A DNA stretch of 64,000 bases. It comes from Bacteroidota bacterium (lineage in GTDB: Bacteria > Bacteroidota > Bacteroidia > NS11-12g > UBA955). Shown here piece after piece: positions 30,214 to 41,618 of this stretch (position 1 is its first letter; each line of letters begins with the position of its first letter). The DNA lies in the NCBI GenBank assembly GCA_018333525.1, contig JAGXTF010000059.1, forward strand, positions 17,334 through 81,333, in the 5' to 3' direction. A program made the translations under genes and the position numbers. Under the pieces are notes generated by a model, which had not been told where the DNA came from, did no database searches, and saw only the letters and a program-made list of their open reading frames with translations.

Positions 30214-31131
30214 TTGAGTATTGAAGTTACAAATCTCACCAAAAAATATGGCGATCAAGTCGCTGTAAACCATATTTCATTTCAAGCCGGGAAAGGCGAA
30301 ATTGTTGGTTTTTTGGGCCCCAACGGTGCAGGTAAAAGCACCACCATGAAAATACTTACCTGCTTTATTCCGCCAACGGAAGGAACCGCAAAAGTTTGTG
30401 GTTTTGATATAGGCGAAAAGAGCATAGAGGTGCGAAAACATGTGGGATATCTTCCGGAACATAACCCACTATATCTGGAAATGTATGTGAAGGAATACCT
30501 GCGTTTTGCTGCAGAATTGGGAAAAACAAAGAATCCGGCACAACGTGTAAAAGAAGTGATTGCATTGACAAGGCTTGAAAGTGAACAACACAAGAAAATC
30601 AGGCAATTGAGTAAAGGTTATCGCCAAAGGGTTGGCCTTGCACAAGCCATTATTCATGATCCAGAAGTATTGATTTTGGATGAACCAACCAGCGGACTGG
30701 ATCCGAATCAGGTAATTGAAATCCGCGACCTGATTAAAAACCTGGGAAAAGAAAAGACCATTATGATTTCCACCCATATTATGCAGGAAGTGGAAGCCAT
30801 TTGCGATCGCGTAATTATTATTGACAAAGGAAATATCGTAGCTGATGATACCCTTGAAAATTTGAGAAACAGCGCGGCCGGCAAGGTGATTATACGGATA
30901 CAGTTTGCAGAAAAAATGGATGCTGAAAAAATAAAATCCATTCCCAATTGTGACAAGGCAACCGAAACCGAAAATAATACCTGGTTATTGGAGTCTGCCG
31001 ATTCGGCTTTCAGACAGCAGGTTTCACAATTCGCGCTCAAAAACAATTACGAAGTTTTGGAATTGGTTTCAGAGAAAAATACACTGGAAGAAATTTTTAG
31101 AAAATTAACAGGAAATGTGGGTCATCTATAA
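30214..31131 (+). CDS. gldA: gliding motility ABC transporter ATP-binding subunit
   Basis: Motifs GPNGAGKST, GYLPEHNPLY, LSKGYRQRVG, DEPTSGLDPNQ. Followed by gldF and gldG. TATTTTTG box at 30199-30206. Confidence 0.92.
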   Translation: MSIEVTNLTKKYGDQVAVNHISFQAGKGEIVGFLGPNGAGKSTTMKILTCFIPPTEGTAKVCGFDIGEKSIEVRKHVGYLPEHNPLYLEMYVKEYLRFAAELGKTKNPAQRVKEVIALTRLESEQHKKIRQLSKGYRQRVGLAQAIIHDPEVLILDEPTSGLDPNQVIEIRDLIKNLGKEKTIMISTHIMQEVEAICDRVIIIDKGNIVADDTLENLRNSAAGKVIIRIQFAEKMDAEKIKSIPNCDKATETENNTWLLESADSAFRQQVSQFALKNNYEVLELVSEKNTLEEIFRKLTGNVGHL

Positions 31132-31843
31132 AAAAGAAATCAGAAGCTTTTTAAGCTCACTCACTGCATTTATTGTGATGGTGGTTTTTCTGATAATTAC
31201 CGGCTTGCTGATGTGGGTTTTCGGTGGAAATACTGTCTTCGATCTCGGCATATCCAGCATGGTGGTAATGTTTAATCTGGCACCATATGTATTTATTTTT
31301 CTGGTATCTGCAGTAACCATGCGCAGTTTCAGTGAAGAAAAAAGATTGGGAACATTGGAAACTTTGAGTACCCGACCCATTTCCGATCTGGGGGTAATAT
31401 TGGGCAAATATTTTGCAAATGTAACTTTGGTCATTTTTGCATTGTTGCCAACACTAATTTATTATTACTCGATAAGCGAACTCGGTGATCCAACCGGGAA
31501 TATAGATACCGGTGCGATGTGGGGTTCTTATTTCGGTTTAATTTTATTGGGCGCTGCGTATACTTCCATAGGAATGTTTGCATCTGCAATTACGGAAAAC
31601 CAAATAGTGGCATTAATTTTAAGCATGCTGATTTGCCTGGTTTCCTATGAAGTTTTGGGCATGGTTGGTGAAATAAAAGCATTGGAAGGAATAGGAAAAA
31701 GCATACACTGGTTCGGATTGGATTTTCATTATTACAGCCTGAGCCGTGGCGTATTGGATACCCGTGACCTTGTCTATTTCATCAGTTTCTCGGGGCTGTT
31801 TATCTGGATTACAAAATTGGTGTACGAAAGCAGAAAATGGTAA
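31115..31843 (+). CDS. gldF: gliding motility ABC transporter permease
   Basis: Motifs KKEIRSFLSS, TMRSFSEEKRLGTLE, GNIDTG, SRGVLDTRD. Confidence 0.93.
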   Translation: MWVIYKKEIRSFLSSLTAFIVMVVFLIITGLLMWVFGGNTVFDLGISSMVVMFNLAPYVFIFLVSAVTMRSFSEEKRLGTLETLSTRPISDLGVILGKYFANVTLVIFALLPTLIYYYSISELGDPTGNIDTGAMWGSYFGLILLGAAYTSIGMFASAITENQIVALILSMLICLVSYEVLGMVGEIKALEGIGKSIHWFGLDFHYYSLSRGVLDTRDLVYFISFSGLFIWITKLVYESRKW

Positions 31844-33612
31844 TGGGAAAAAGGAGAATTTACAAAACACAATCCTGGGTAGAGCTGGCAGTAATGCTGG
31901 TAATATTGGTGATTTTAAATACCCTCGCTGGTTTCTATTACAAACGCTTTGACCTCACAACAGAAAAGCGATTTACGCTTAGTGAAACCAGCAAAAAACT
32001 GGCATCCGCACTTTCGGAAAAATTATATTTTAAATTATATCTGAATGGAGAAATGAGTGGGAATTTCAAACAATTACGCTCAGAAATTCAGGATATGGCT
32101 TACGAATTTCGCGAAGCTTCAGGTGGTAAAATAGAAATTGAAGCACTGGATCCATTGAAAGGTAAAGAGGGTTCAGAAAGGGCAAAAATCCTGAATGAAT
32201 TTGTTCAAAAAGGCATTGAACCGAAAAGCGATATTGAAGATGAAAACGGCGATGAAACCAGAATTCGCGAATTGATTCCGGGTGCAGAATTCAACTATAA
32301 AAACAATACATTTTATGCCAATTTTTTTGAATATGATGCCGCGTTGAGTGTTGACGAGAATTTTCAACGAGCCATTGAAAACATTGAATATGAAATGGCA
32401 AATGCGCTGCGACAGTGCGTTACTGAAAAAACCAAAAGAATTATTGTAGCCGATGGAAATGGGGAAATGATTGATAACCGCGTACAATCTTTTGCCGCAG
32501 AATTACGGAAGTATTACAGTATAGAAGCTGTAAATTTAAATATTGCAGATACCAATGCAGGCAAGCCATTTCTTCAAAAAATGATGGCCAATCCGGACAG
32601 TGCGGAGCTGATATTGATGAACAGTTTGCAGCGGAGATTAAATCTGGCAGATCTGTTAATGATTGTGAAACCGTTGCACGATTATACTCCGGCAGAATTG
32701 TTTTTAATTGACCAGTTTCTGATGCAGGGTGGACGTGTTTTGTGGATGGTGGATCCTGTGCATATAGAGATAGACAGCTTTGAAAACAACGAATCTCAGG
32801 TAGCATTGGATTATGGACTGGAGAATATCAACAGCATGCTCAATACCTATGGCGTATTGTTTAACAATGATTTGCTTCTGGATGCCATGTGCAACCGGAT
32901 TCCCTATATGGAACAAGGCAGAATGCGCATGATTAACTGGTGGTATTTCCCTTTGTTTACCGATAAAAATGAGGCACATATTATTACCAAAAATGTAGGT
33001 GCGGTCTGGTCACAATTTCCATCTACATTAAAAATAAAACCGAGAAAAGAAATCAATACCATTCCACTTCTTACCAGTTCTGCGCGAAGTAAGGTTGTAA
33101 ATACACCTGCAACAGTGGAAATGACCAAGGTAATTATGCAGCAAACTCCCGAATATTTACAACAATATCTGGCTACTATGAATGCCGGGCCAAAAACAAC
33201 CGGGGTGCTGTTGGAAGGCAATTTTAATTCTGCTTTTGCCAATCAAAAACGCTTTACGGATATTCCATTTAAGAAATCGGGTAAAAGTAAAATGGTAGTT
33301 ATTGCAGACGGAGATTTAATACGCAATCAGGTGAGTTCCAGAGGAGGAAATTATCCAACTGGTTTTGACCGTTTTAACCGCATGACTTTTGCCAATAAAA
33401 AATTCATGCTGAATTGTATTGATTACATGATTGATGATAATGGCCTGATAGAGATACGAGGTAAGGAAATCGGGCTCCGCTTGCTGGATAAAACCAAAAT
33501 CAAAACGGAGAAATTATTCTGGCAGCAGGTCAATATTCTGGTGCCAATTGGTATTGTGCTCCTATTTGGCGCTACTAATTTCTGGATAAGAAAACGGAAA
33601 TACGCCAGGTAA
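31843..33612 (+). CDS. gldG: gliding motility ABC transporter auxiliary subunit
   Basis: Motifs RFDLTTEKRFTLS, LEGNFNSAF, MVVIADGD, NKKF..NCIDY, RLLDK, C-terminal transmembrane helix and RKRKY. Confidence 0.92.
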   Translation: MGKRRIYKTQSWVELAVMLVILVILNTLAGFYYKRFDLTTEKRFTLSETSKKLASALSEKLYFKLYLNGEMSGNFKQLRSEIQDMAYEFREASGGKIEIEALDPLKGKEGSERAKILNEFVQKGIEPKSDIEDENGDETRIRELIPGAEFNYKNNTFYANFFEYDAALSVDENFQRAIENIEYEMANALRQCVTEKTKRIIVADGNGEMIDNRVQSFAAELRKYYSIEAVNLNIADTNAGKPFLQKMMANPDSAELILMNSLQRRLNLADLLMIVKPLHDYTPAELFLIDQFLMQGGRVLWMVDPVHIEIDSFENNESQVALDYGLENINSMLNTYGVLFNNDLLLDAMCNRIPYMEQGRMRMINWWYFPLFTDKNEAHIITKNVGAVWSQFPSTLKIKPRKEINTIPLLTSSARSKVVNTPATVEMTKVIMQQTPEYLQQYLATMNAGPKTTGVLLEGNFNSAFANQKRFTDIPFKKSGKSKMVVIADGDLIRNQVSSRGGNYPTGFDRFNRMTFANKKFMLNCIDYMIDDNGLIEIRGKEIGLRLLDKTKIKTEKLFWQQVNILVPIGIVLLFGATNFWIRKRKYAR

Positions 33613-33818
33613 GCTGCGGTTTCCACAAGTGCATTCCGGTATTTTAATACCCAATCGAAATAATCCCAGTATTTTTTTAATATTATTCTGTGGAAAGCCA
33701 TATTTGATAATGGCTGATTTTATCGATTACAGTAAATGCTGTCTCCACTGACCAAATAATGACAATCCCGGTGAAATATTACATGTCATAACCCGTTATT
33801 GTATCTTCGCATGGTTAC

Positions 33819-34421
33819 ATGTACGATTTTATTCGCGGCAACATTGAAAGAATTAGCCCAACTCACGTTGTATTGGAGAACAACGGTGTAGGTTACCTCA
33901 TGAGCATCAGCATTTACACATACGAAAAGATCAAATCTGCCAAGCAGGCTATGCTCTTTACCGAACAGGTTTTCAAAATCGAAAACCAAAGTCCGGTGGC
34001 CACATTGCTGTTTGGATTTGCCGAACCAAACGAAAGAGAGATGTTCCAATGGCTTACTTCTGTAAGCGGGGTAGGCAATAACACAGCAATTCTGATGTTG
34101 AGCAGCCTGGATCCTGAAGCCTTGTCATCCGCAATTCTCAACGGCAATGTTGGGTTGTTGAAGAGTATCAAAGGTATTGGAGAAAAGACAGCCCAGAGGA
34201 TTGTATTGGAATTGCGGGACAGGCTTGGAGGAAAAGCGCGCAAAGGGGCAACGCTTTTGCCACAGGGAATGTCTGATTATACAGCTGAAGCACTGGCTGC
34301 ATTAACCACGCTCGGATACAACAGAGCTGCCGCAGAAAAGGCACTTAACAAGGTAACGGAGAATGGAAAATTACAGTTATCTGTTGAAGAACTGATAAAA
34401 AATTCACTTAAAATCCTTTAA
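33819..34421 (+). CDS. ruvA: Holliday junction branch migration protein RuvA
   Basis: Motifs GVGY, LFGF...ER..F..L.SVSGVG, IKGIGEKTAQRIVLEL, AL.TLGY. Confidence 0.95.
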   Translation: MYDFIRGNIERISPTHVVLENNGVGYLMSISIYTYEKIKSAKQAMLFTEQVFKIENQSPVATLLFGFAEPNEREMFQWLTSVSGVGNNTAILMLSSLDPEALSSAILNGNVGLLKSIKGIGEKTAQRIVLELRDRLGGKARKGATLLPQGMSDYTAEALAALTTLGYNRAAAEKALNKVTENGKLQLSVEELIKNSLKIL

Positions 34422-34484
34422 TTGCAAGTTTCCCATAAATAAGTCCATCTGAGAAAATCTATACGCAACAACGGTTAATTAATA

Positions 34485-37400
34485 ATGCATTTTTTAAGAG
34501 CGAAATTTTTGAAAGAAAGAAAAATTTCCGCATCAGGATTTTTATTTTTTTGCGCACCGGTAATTGCGTTAATCCTCTTTCCTACAGACATATTTGGACA
34601 GTCTGATGAGGATAGTACCAAGCTGAAATATAATATTTCCCCAACCAAGAAATGGGAAAAGCCGAAACCCGCTACCAATATTGATCTGTCAAATCCACTC
34701 ATGAAAGAGTGGAAATACAATCCCAAAACCAACAGATACGAGGAATACCAGACATTCGGGGGTATCTCCTATCCCACCGGCAACAGCATGTCGGTTATGG
34801 ATTTTTATAAAAAATTAAATCGCGAAAACCAGGAAGGCTACCTGCGTGAAAAGACCCAAAACACCAGCTACAGCCTTAACAGCAAAGGAAAAGGCAGCAT
34901 TACCGAATATGTGAAAGGGGAGTTGAATAATCCCACTATATCCAAAATATTTGGTGAAGGTGGGGTGGATTTCCAACTCAGTGGATCTGCCATGATAAAG
35001 CTGGGAGGAAACTGGAATGTAAACCGCAATCCAAGCTTCTCCAAAAGACAACAGCGATATTTTGTACCGGTTTTTGACCAGCAACTTCAAATTAGTGCCA
35101 ATGGAAGCATCGGTCAATTTGTGAAACTCGGAATCAATTACGACACAGAGGCGGCTTTTGACTTTGACAATCAAACAAATTTGGGCTGGAAAGGCAAACC
35201 GGATGGCATTTTAAAAGATGTTCAGATTGGAAATGTAAGTCTGAATCTTCCAACCCAATTAATTAAACCGACCAACAACCTTTTCGGCATATCCAATACT
35301 CTGGTTTTTGGAAATACTACCATAAAATCCGTGTTCTCCCAAAATAAAGGGCAGAGCACAGAAACAGTATTAAAAGGTGGTGCTCAGTTGAATGAATTCC
35401 GCATTACTGCTGACAATTACGACCAAAATCGCCACTATTTTCTGGCCCAATATTTTAGAGATAATTACAACAAGTCACTGGAGAATATGCCAAATATCCC
35501 CAGTAATGTGATTGTGAATCGTGTAGAAGTATGGATTACAAACCGAAATGCGAATGTGGAAACCCCAAGGGATATACTGGCTTTTCAGGATCTAGGGGAA
35601 TCGTCACCTTATCGCACCCAATTGGGAGGCAACGCAGATCCGTTACCGGATACATCTTCCAATATCATATTTGAGAAGTTGCGGCAATTCCCCAAAACCA
35701 GAAATATTGGAACCGCAATAGATGAAGTATACAAAGCATTTCCATATTTTGAACAGTCCGTGGATTTTGATATGCTCAATTATGCCAGGCAGCTGAGCAA
35801 AACAGAGTTCACATTCAGCCCCCAACTCGGTTATATTTCGTTGAATCAGCCATTGAATAATGATGAGATTCTGGCCGTGGCTTATGAATATTCCTATAAT
35901 GGAAAAGTGTATCAGGTAGGTGAATTTTCAAGGGATATTCCCCCTGGAAATCAAAAACTTTTGTATCTTAAAATGTTGAAAGGCAACACCATCAGAACCA
36001 AACTGCCCATGTGGAATTTGATGATGAAAAACATTTATTCCCTAAACAGTTATAGCCTGTCTCTCGAAGATTTTAAACTGAATGTAATTTATGCCGATGA
36101 TACCAGTGGTGCGGATTACAACTATCTGCCGGTGAAAGATGTGGGCGCGTTTAAAAATGGGAATCCGTTGATTCGCGTATTGGGATTGGACAAGCTGAAC
36201 AGGCAGATGGAAGCGAAACCCGATGGAATTTTTGATGCCTTTGAAGGGATGACCGTACAAACCCAGTATGCCAGAATAATTTTTCCGGTTACAGAACCTT
36301 TTGGAGATTATTTGAGAAGTCAGTTTGACGGTAATACGGATTTGGCGGATTATTATGCTTTTGATGCCCTTTATGACAGCACGAAATGGCTTGCTGCTCA
36401 GGATGTAAAACACAACAAATACTTTCTGACAGGAAGCTATAAAAGCCCCAATGGGGCAGAAATATTTTTGGGAACGACCAACCTGCAAAAGGGCTCTGTA
36501 CGCGTGACTGCCAATGGTCGACCGCTTACAGAGGGTATGGATTATGAAGTGGACTATGCATTGGGCAGAGTCCGGATTCTGAATCAGGGACTCTTACAGG
36601 GAGGTGCGGAAATACGCGCCAGTGCTGACGGTCAGTCTTTTTTTAACATTCAACAGAAAACATTGATTGGCGGAAGGGTGGATCACAAATTCAACAACAA
36701 ATTGTTGGTAGGTGCCACCATGCTCCACATGTATGAAAGACCACTTACTTCCAAAACGAACTTCAATGAGGAACCACTTCTGAATACCATTTTTGGTGCG
36801 GATTTGGCTTATAGCAGCAAAAGCCGATTTATTACCAGAATGGTGGATAAACTGCCATTTCTTGAAACAAAGGAAGTATCCAATATTACGGCATATGCAG
36901 AATTTGCCAAGATTATTCCGCACAATCACAAATCCCAGGGCGGGCAACGCGGGGTTTCGAATCTCGATGATTTTGAAAATGCTGAATTGCCCAATGATTT
37001 TAAAATGGTTTCGAACTGGGTTTTGGCCAGCGTACCTCTAAAACAACCGGATTTATTCCCGGAAGTGGGCAATGAAGACAAGCGAACCTGGCTGAATCGC
37101 GAAGCCAAATTATCTTTTTATACGATTGACCCCCTATTCTTCCGGGACAATGATATGCCTTCCAATATCAAAGGCAGAGTGGATGAAATTCTGAGCAATC
37201 ATTATATGCGTCAGATTGACCAGCGAGAAGTATTTCCGCAGCGCCAGTTTCCCAATGGAACACCTACCATTTTACCAACTTTGGATATCGTATTCCACCC
37301 CGAACGAAAAGGACAATACAATTTAAATTCCAATGTTGGTGAAGTAGATGCAAATGGGAATCTGACTGAACTCACCAAGAGCTGGGGTGGTATGATGCGG

Positions 37401-40400
37401 CGTGTGGATCAGAATGATTTCGAAGCTGCCAATATCGATTATATTGAAATATGGATGATGGATCCGCTTATCGACAATCCGAATCTGAAAGGTGATTTTT
37501 ATATCAATTTAGGAAGTATAAGCGAAGATGTGTTGCCCGATAGAAGGAAGTCATTTGAAAATGGATTGCCAACAGATGGTTCTACCGACAAAACAGACAC
37601 TACTGCATCAGCTATTGTACCATCAGTTCCTCAAATCAATTACGCATTTAATAACGATCCGGCATCTGTAAAAACCCAGGATGTGGGATTGGATGGGATG
37701 AATGACGACCAGGAAAGACTCATTCTGGACTCGTTTTATTTGCAAAGAATTGCTTCCAATTTTGGCACAGGTTCCAGTTTTTATGTGAATGCGCAAAACG
37801 ATCCATCAGGAGATAATTTTGCCCATTATCTGGAAGATAGTTTTGTAGGTCTGGATTACGATGTTATACAACGTTATCAATATTTTCAGGGACCTCAGGG
37901 AAATTCCAGCCCCGATAAATTCAACACCGCTCCATATACGGGAATGCCGAAATCCTCCACTACCCAACCCAATGATGAGGATGTAAACCGGGATTTCACC
38001 ATGAACCAAAGTGAGGATTACTACCAGTATAGAATAAAAATCAGCGCAGCAGATTTGCAAATCGGAAAAAATTATGTGGCAGATATTGTTCATAATTCTG
38101 TTACGCTTCGCAATGGTAAAAATTCTGAAATTAAATGGTACCAATTAAAAATTCCTATTCGCCAATATGAAAAAGCTGTAGGAAATATCAGTGATTTTAA
38201 GAGCATTCGTTTTATGCGGATGTTCATGACTAATTTCAATGGTACAGCGGTTATGCGTGTTGGATATATCAACATGGTTCGTGCAGATTGGCGGAGATAT
38301 ACCAATTCATTAAAAAATCCGGGAATTATTGTTCCATCTGATCCTAATGATGGGACTAAATTTATTGTAAGTACAGTGAACCTGGAAGAAAACAGCCTTC
38401 GCGCTCCTATTGCTTATGTAACGCCTCCCGGTGTTGTTCGTGTGCAAAATATGGCGAGCTTGGGCACCGTGCTGGAAAACGAGCAATCACTGTCCTTAAA
38501 AGTTTGTGATTTAAAAGCAGGCGATAGCCGTGCTGCATTTAAAACCACTCAAATGGATGCAAGAAACTATAAAAATCTGCAAATGTTTGTGCACGCAGAA
38601 GCATCCAACAATACCAATATTAATGATGGTGAAATTGCTGCATTTGTGCGTTTTGGAACTGACTTAACTTCCAATTATTATGAATATGAAATTCCGCTGA
38701 AACTCACCAGGGGATTTATAAATAAAAACACACCGGGAGCTGATCATGAAATTTGGCCTGATGAGAATTTTATTGATATCGCATTTGAAGCATTCTACAA
38801 CCTGAAAATGGATAGAATGAATGCGAACTGGCCAATGACCGCTCCATATAAAAAGCCAGGTGGCAGAGGTACTGTTTCAGTTATGGGGTTACCCGATGTT
38901 GGAAATATTCGGGTGATGATGGTGGGAATTAAAAACAACAGTTCTGCAAACCAGTGTTTTGAAGTATGGTTTAATGAATTGCGCGTAAAAGATATTGCGA
39001 ATAAAGGTGGCTGGGCCGCATTGGGAAATGTTCAGGCACAGCTCGCAGATTTTGGACAATTAAATTTGGCTGGAAGCATCAGAACCATTGGATTTGGAGA
39101 TGTAGATAAGAAGCTGAACCAGCGCAGTTTAAGCACCAACATGAATTATGATATCGCCAGTAACCTGGAACTGGGTAAATTTTTCCCCCAGAAAAAAGGT
39201 GTTTCTGTACCCATGTATATTGGTTATTCTGAAAGTTATGTAAGGCCAAAATTTTATCCCCTGAATCCCGATTTGGAATTGCAAACCTTTTTAGCTTCCA
39301 TTGCTGACCCGGATAAAAAGAAAGAAATACGAAAGGCTGCAGAAGACTATAATTCGCTTTACAGCCTCAACTTTTCAAATGTTCGAATAGCCGCTGCACC
39401 GGGCAGAAAATCTCTGCCATGGAGATTGAGCAATTTCAATGCATCTTATAATTATCAGAAAAATTATAAGCGCAACCAGCAAATCGAAGAATTTTTCAGC
39501 AAGACAACCGTACTGCAATTGGGATATAATTACGCCATTCCCACGAAATCTATTATGCCATTTAAAAAGTTGAAACCCAAATGGCTGAATCCGGTGCGGG
39601 AATTCAATTTCAATTTACTTCCGTCCAATATTAGTACCAATTGGAAAGTTTCCAGATATTACAGCGAAACACAATCGAGAAATAATAATTCTTTCAGACA
39701 AGTAAATCCGAGATTGTATGATAAGAATTTCTTTATGGACAGGATTTATAATTTCACCCTGCCATTAACAAGTTCAATCAACATTTCATACAATGCCACT
39801 GCAACTTCGCGCATACAGGAGCCATATGGTGCATTAAATTCAGAAGCCAAGAAAGACTCCGTAAAAACTGAATTGTTCTCACTGGGAAGACCCAAATCCT
39901 TTAATCAGACATTTACTGCAAGCTATCAATTGCCATTTGCCAAGTTTGCACGATTGAGCTGGATTACTACCAATATCACGTATACAGGAAGTTATCAATG
40001 GATGCAAGCTCCACCAGCTTTGGCATTTCTCGGCAATACCATTCAGAATGGCAGGGATATAAACCTGAGTACCACATTCAATTTTCAACAATTGTATATG
40101 AAAATTCCGTGGTTGAGAAATTTGGAAAAGCCTATTCCCACAAGGAATCCATTAAAACCATCGCCCAAGAAACCGGAACCTAAAAAAGAGGGAGATGAAG
40201 ATGAAAAACCAGCGCCAAAACCTAAAAATAGCCCTGCTAAAATTTTTGCCGGTAATTTTATCATGATGTTTAAGAATGCCAGCCTGAATTATTCTAAAAA
40301 AGAAGGAACAGAATTGCCGGGATTTATTTACAGACCGGATTATTTTGGTTATAATTTCCTTCACAAGGAACCTGGCATTCCATTTATTTTGGGTTGGCAG

Positions 40401-41618
40401 GATCAGGAAATTCGCTACAAACTGACCAATAGAAATGCGCTTAATCAGGATGTAAGACAATCTAATTTTTACCGCAGCAATTTCACAGAAAACATTTCCG
40501 GAAACATTACGCTTGAACCTATTAAAGGATTTAGAATTCAATTGGACTTCAACAGAAGCAAAACCAATGGTTTGCAAACCCAATATAGATGGGATGGCAC
40601 CAGGTGGATAGATCAGGGATTGACAGAAAACGGTTCCTATTCCATTACTTCAAATTTTATGCGTACCCATTTTGTGAAAGATCAAAATATTGGCGAAGAA
40701 CATCCGAATCAAAACTTCAAAAATTTTCTTGACAACAGATATTCCGTTGCACAGAAACTGATGTTTAACGATCAAAGGGTAACAGAAAAACGCGAGGATA
40801 CCATTACGAAGTTCCCAATTGGATATAGCAAAAATTCCCAGGACGTTTTGATAGGTTCCTTTTACAGCACATATTCCGGGAATGCCGCGAGCAAAAACGG
40901 GTTTAGTTTAACGGATGCGAAGGGAATGCCGCTAATACCGCTTCCGAACTGGAATATTAATTACAATGGATTAACTAAGATAAAAGCTCTGGGAAAAATA
41001 TTCACCAATATTACCCTCAAACATGCTTACAACGGCAGGTATATGATAGGCAGTTACACACGCAACCTGACATATAAAAGCGATGCTCTAGTACCGGATG
41101 ACGGTAAAGACTTTATTCCCAAAAACCTGATTGCCGATGCCACCATTTCAGAATCCTTTTCTCCTTTATTTGGATTAAATGTTGCAACCAAAAGTAACTG
41201 GACCCTGGGTATGGAATACAAGCGCTCCAGAATTATTAAATTATTTGCCGGCAGTTTTAATATTACTGAAATCAGAAGTAATGAATGGCAAATTACAGGT
41301 GGATACAGGGTTACAGGTTTAAATTTACCATTTAAACGAAACGGCCACCGTTTGTATTTACCCAATGATTTCCGCTTTGACCTCACTATTGCCATTGCCG
41401 ACAATAGCTCTACTCTGCGTAAAATTGACGAAAATATTAACCGCTATACAGCAGGTATGCGGAACATACAAATTCGCCCATCTGCCACCTATCAGGTAAA
41501 TACTAAAATCAACGTGGCGCTGAAGTATAACAAGGTAATTATGGATCCAAAAATCCAGCAGCAGTATTACACAGCGCTTACAGATTTTGCCATTGAAGTA
41601 CGTTATATACTGAATTAA
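34485..41618 (+). CDS. sprA: T9SS outer-membrane translocon SprA
   Basis: 2377 aa with repeated SprA motifs (NYDTEAAFDFDN, RVEVWITN, YQVGEFS, DFKSIRFMRMF, WFNELR). ruvA-sprA synteny. Confidence 0.95.
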   Translation: MHFLRAKFLKERKISASGFLFFCAPVIALILFPTDIFGQSDEDSTKLKYNISPTKKWEKPKPATNIDLSNPLMKEWKYNPKTNRYEEYQTFGGISYPTGNSMSVMDFYKKLNRENQEGYLREKTQNTSYSLNSKGKGSITEYVKGELNNPTISKIFGEGGVDFQLSGSAMIKLGGNWNVNRNPSFSKRQQRYFVPVFDQQLQISANGSIGQFVKLGINYDTEAAFDFDNQTNLGWKGKPDGILKDVQIGNVSLNLPTQLIKPTNNLFGISNTLVFGNTTIKSVFSQNKGQSTETVLKGGAQLNEFRITADNYDQNRHYFLAQYFRDNYNKSLENMPNIPSNVIVNRVEVWITNRNANVETPRDILAFQDLGESSPYRTQLGGNADPLPDTSSNIIFEKLRQFPKTRNIGTAIDEVYKAFPYFEQSVDFDMLNYARQLSKTEFTFSPQLGYISLNQPLNNDEILAVAYEYSYNGKVYQVGEFSRDIPPGNQKLLYLKMLKGNTIRTKLPMWNLMMKNIYSLNSYSLSLEDFKLNVIYADDTSGADYNYLPVKDVGAFKNGNPLIRVLGLDKLNRQMEAKPDGIFDAFEGMTVQTQYARIIFPVTEPFGDYLRSQFDGNTDLADYYAFDALYDSTKWLAAQDVKHNKYFLTGSYKSPNGAEIFLGTTNLQKGSVRVTANGRPLTEGMDYEVDYALGRVRILNQGLLQGGAEIRASADGQSFFNIQQKTLIGGRVDHKFNNKLLVGATMLHMYERPLTSKTNFNEEPLLNTIFGADLAYSSKSRFITRMVDKLPFLETKEVSNITAYAEFAKIIPHNHKSQGGQRGVSNLDDFENAELPNDFKMVSNWVLASVPLKQPDLFPEVGNEDKRTWLNREAKLSFYTIDPLFFRDNDMPSNIKGRVDEILSNHYMRQIDQREVFPQRQFPNGTPTILPTLDIVFHPERKGQYNLNSNVGEVDANGNLTELTKSWGGMMRRVDQNDFEAANIDYIEIWMMDPLIDNPNLKGDFYINLGSISEDVLPDRRKSFENGLPTDGSTDKTDTTASAIVPSVPQINYAFNNDPASVKTQDVGLDGMNDDQERLILDSFYLQRIASNFGTGSSFYVNAQNDPSGDNFAHYLEDSFVGLDYDVIQRYQYFQGPQGNSSPDKFNTAPYTGMPKSSTTQPNDEDVNRDFTMNQSEDYYQYRIKISAADLQIGKNYVADIVHNSVTLRNGKNSEIKWYQLKIPIRQYEKAVGNISDFKSIRFMRMFMTNFNGTAVMRVGYINMVRADWRRYTNSLKNPGIIVPSDPNDGTKFIVSTVNLEENSLRAPIAYVTPPGVVRVQNMASLGTVLENEQSLSLKVCDLKAGDSRAAFKTTQMDARNYKNLQMFVHAEASNNTNINDGEIAAFVRFGTDLTSNYYEYEIPLKLTRGFINKNTPGADHEIWPDENFIDIAFEAFYNLKMDRMNANWPMTAPYKKPGGRGTVSVMGLPDVGNIRVMMVGIKNNSSANQCFEVWFNELRVKDIANKGGWAALGNVQAQLADFGQLNLAGSIRTIGFGDVDKKLNQRSLSTNMNYDIASNLELGKFFPQKKGVSVPMYIGYSESYVRPKFYPLNPDLELQTFLASIADPDKKKEIRKAAEDYNSLYSLNFSNVRIAAAPGRKSLPWRLSNFNASYNYQKNYKRNQQIEEFFSKTTVLQLGYNYAIPTKSIMPFKKLKPKWLNPVREFNFNLLPSNISTNWKVSRYYSETQSRNNNSFRQVNPRLYDKNFFMDRIYNFTLPLTSSINISYNATATSRIQEPYGALNSEAKKDSVKTELFSLGRPKSFNQTFTASYQLPFAKFARLSWITTNITYTGSYQWMQAPPALAFLGNTIQNGRDINLSTTFNFQQLYMKIPWLRNLEKPIPTRNPLKPSPKKPEPKKEGDEDEKPAPKPKNSPAKIFAGNFIMMFKNASLNYSKKEGTELPGFIYRPDYFGYNFLHKEPGIPFILGWQDQEIRYKLTNRNALNQDVRQSNFYRSNFTENISGNITLEPIKGFRIQLDFNRSKTNGLQTQYRWDGTRWIDQGLTENGSYSITSNFMRTHFVKDQNIGEEHPNQNFKNFLDNRYSVAQKLMFNDQRVTEKREDTITKFPIGYSKNSQDVLIGSFYSTYSGNAASKNGFSLTDAKGMPLIPLPNWNINYNGLTKIKALGKIFTNITLKHAYNGRYMIGSYTRNLTYKSDALVPDDGKDFIPKNLIADATISESFSPLFGLNVATKSNWTLGMEYKRSRIIKLFAGSFNITEIRSNEWQITGGYRVTGLNLPFKRNGHRLYLPNDFRFDLTIAIADNSSTLRKIDENINRYTAGMRNIQIRPSATYQVNTKINVALKYNKVIMDPKIQQQYYTALTDFAIEVRYILN

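Noticed and set aside
40120-40240. Pro/Lys/Glu-rich low-complexity stretch in SprA
   Set aside because: It is an in-frame flexible loop, with no DNA-level tandem repeat or frameshift.
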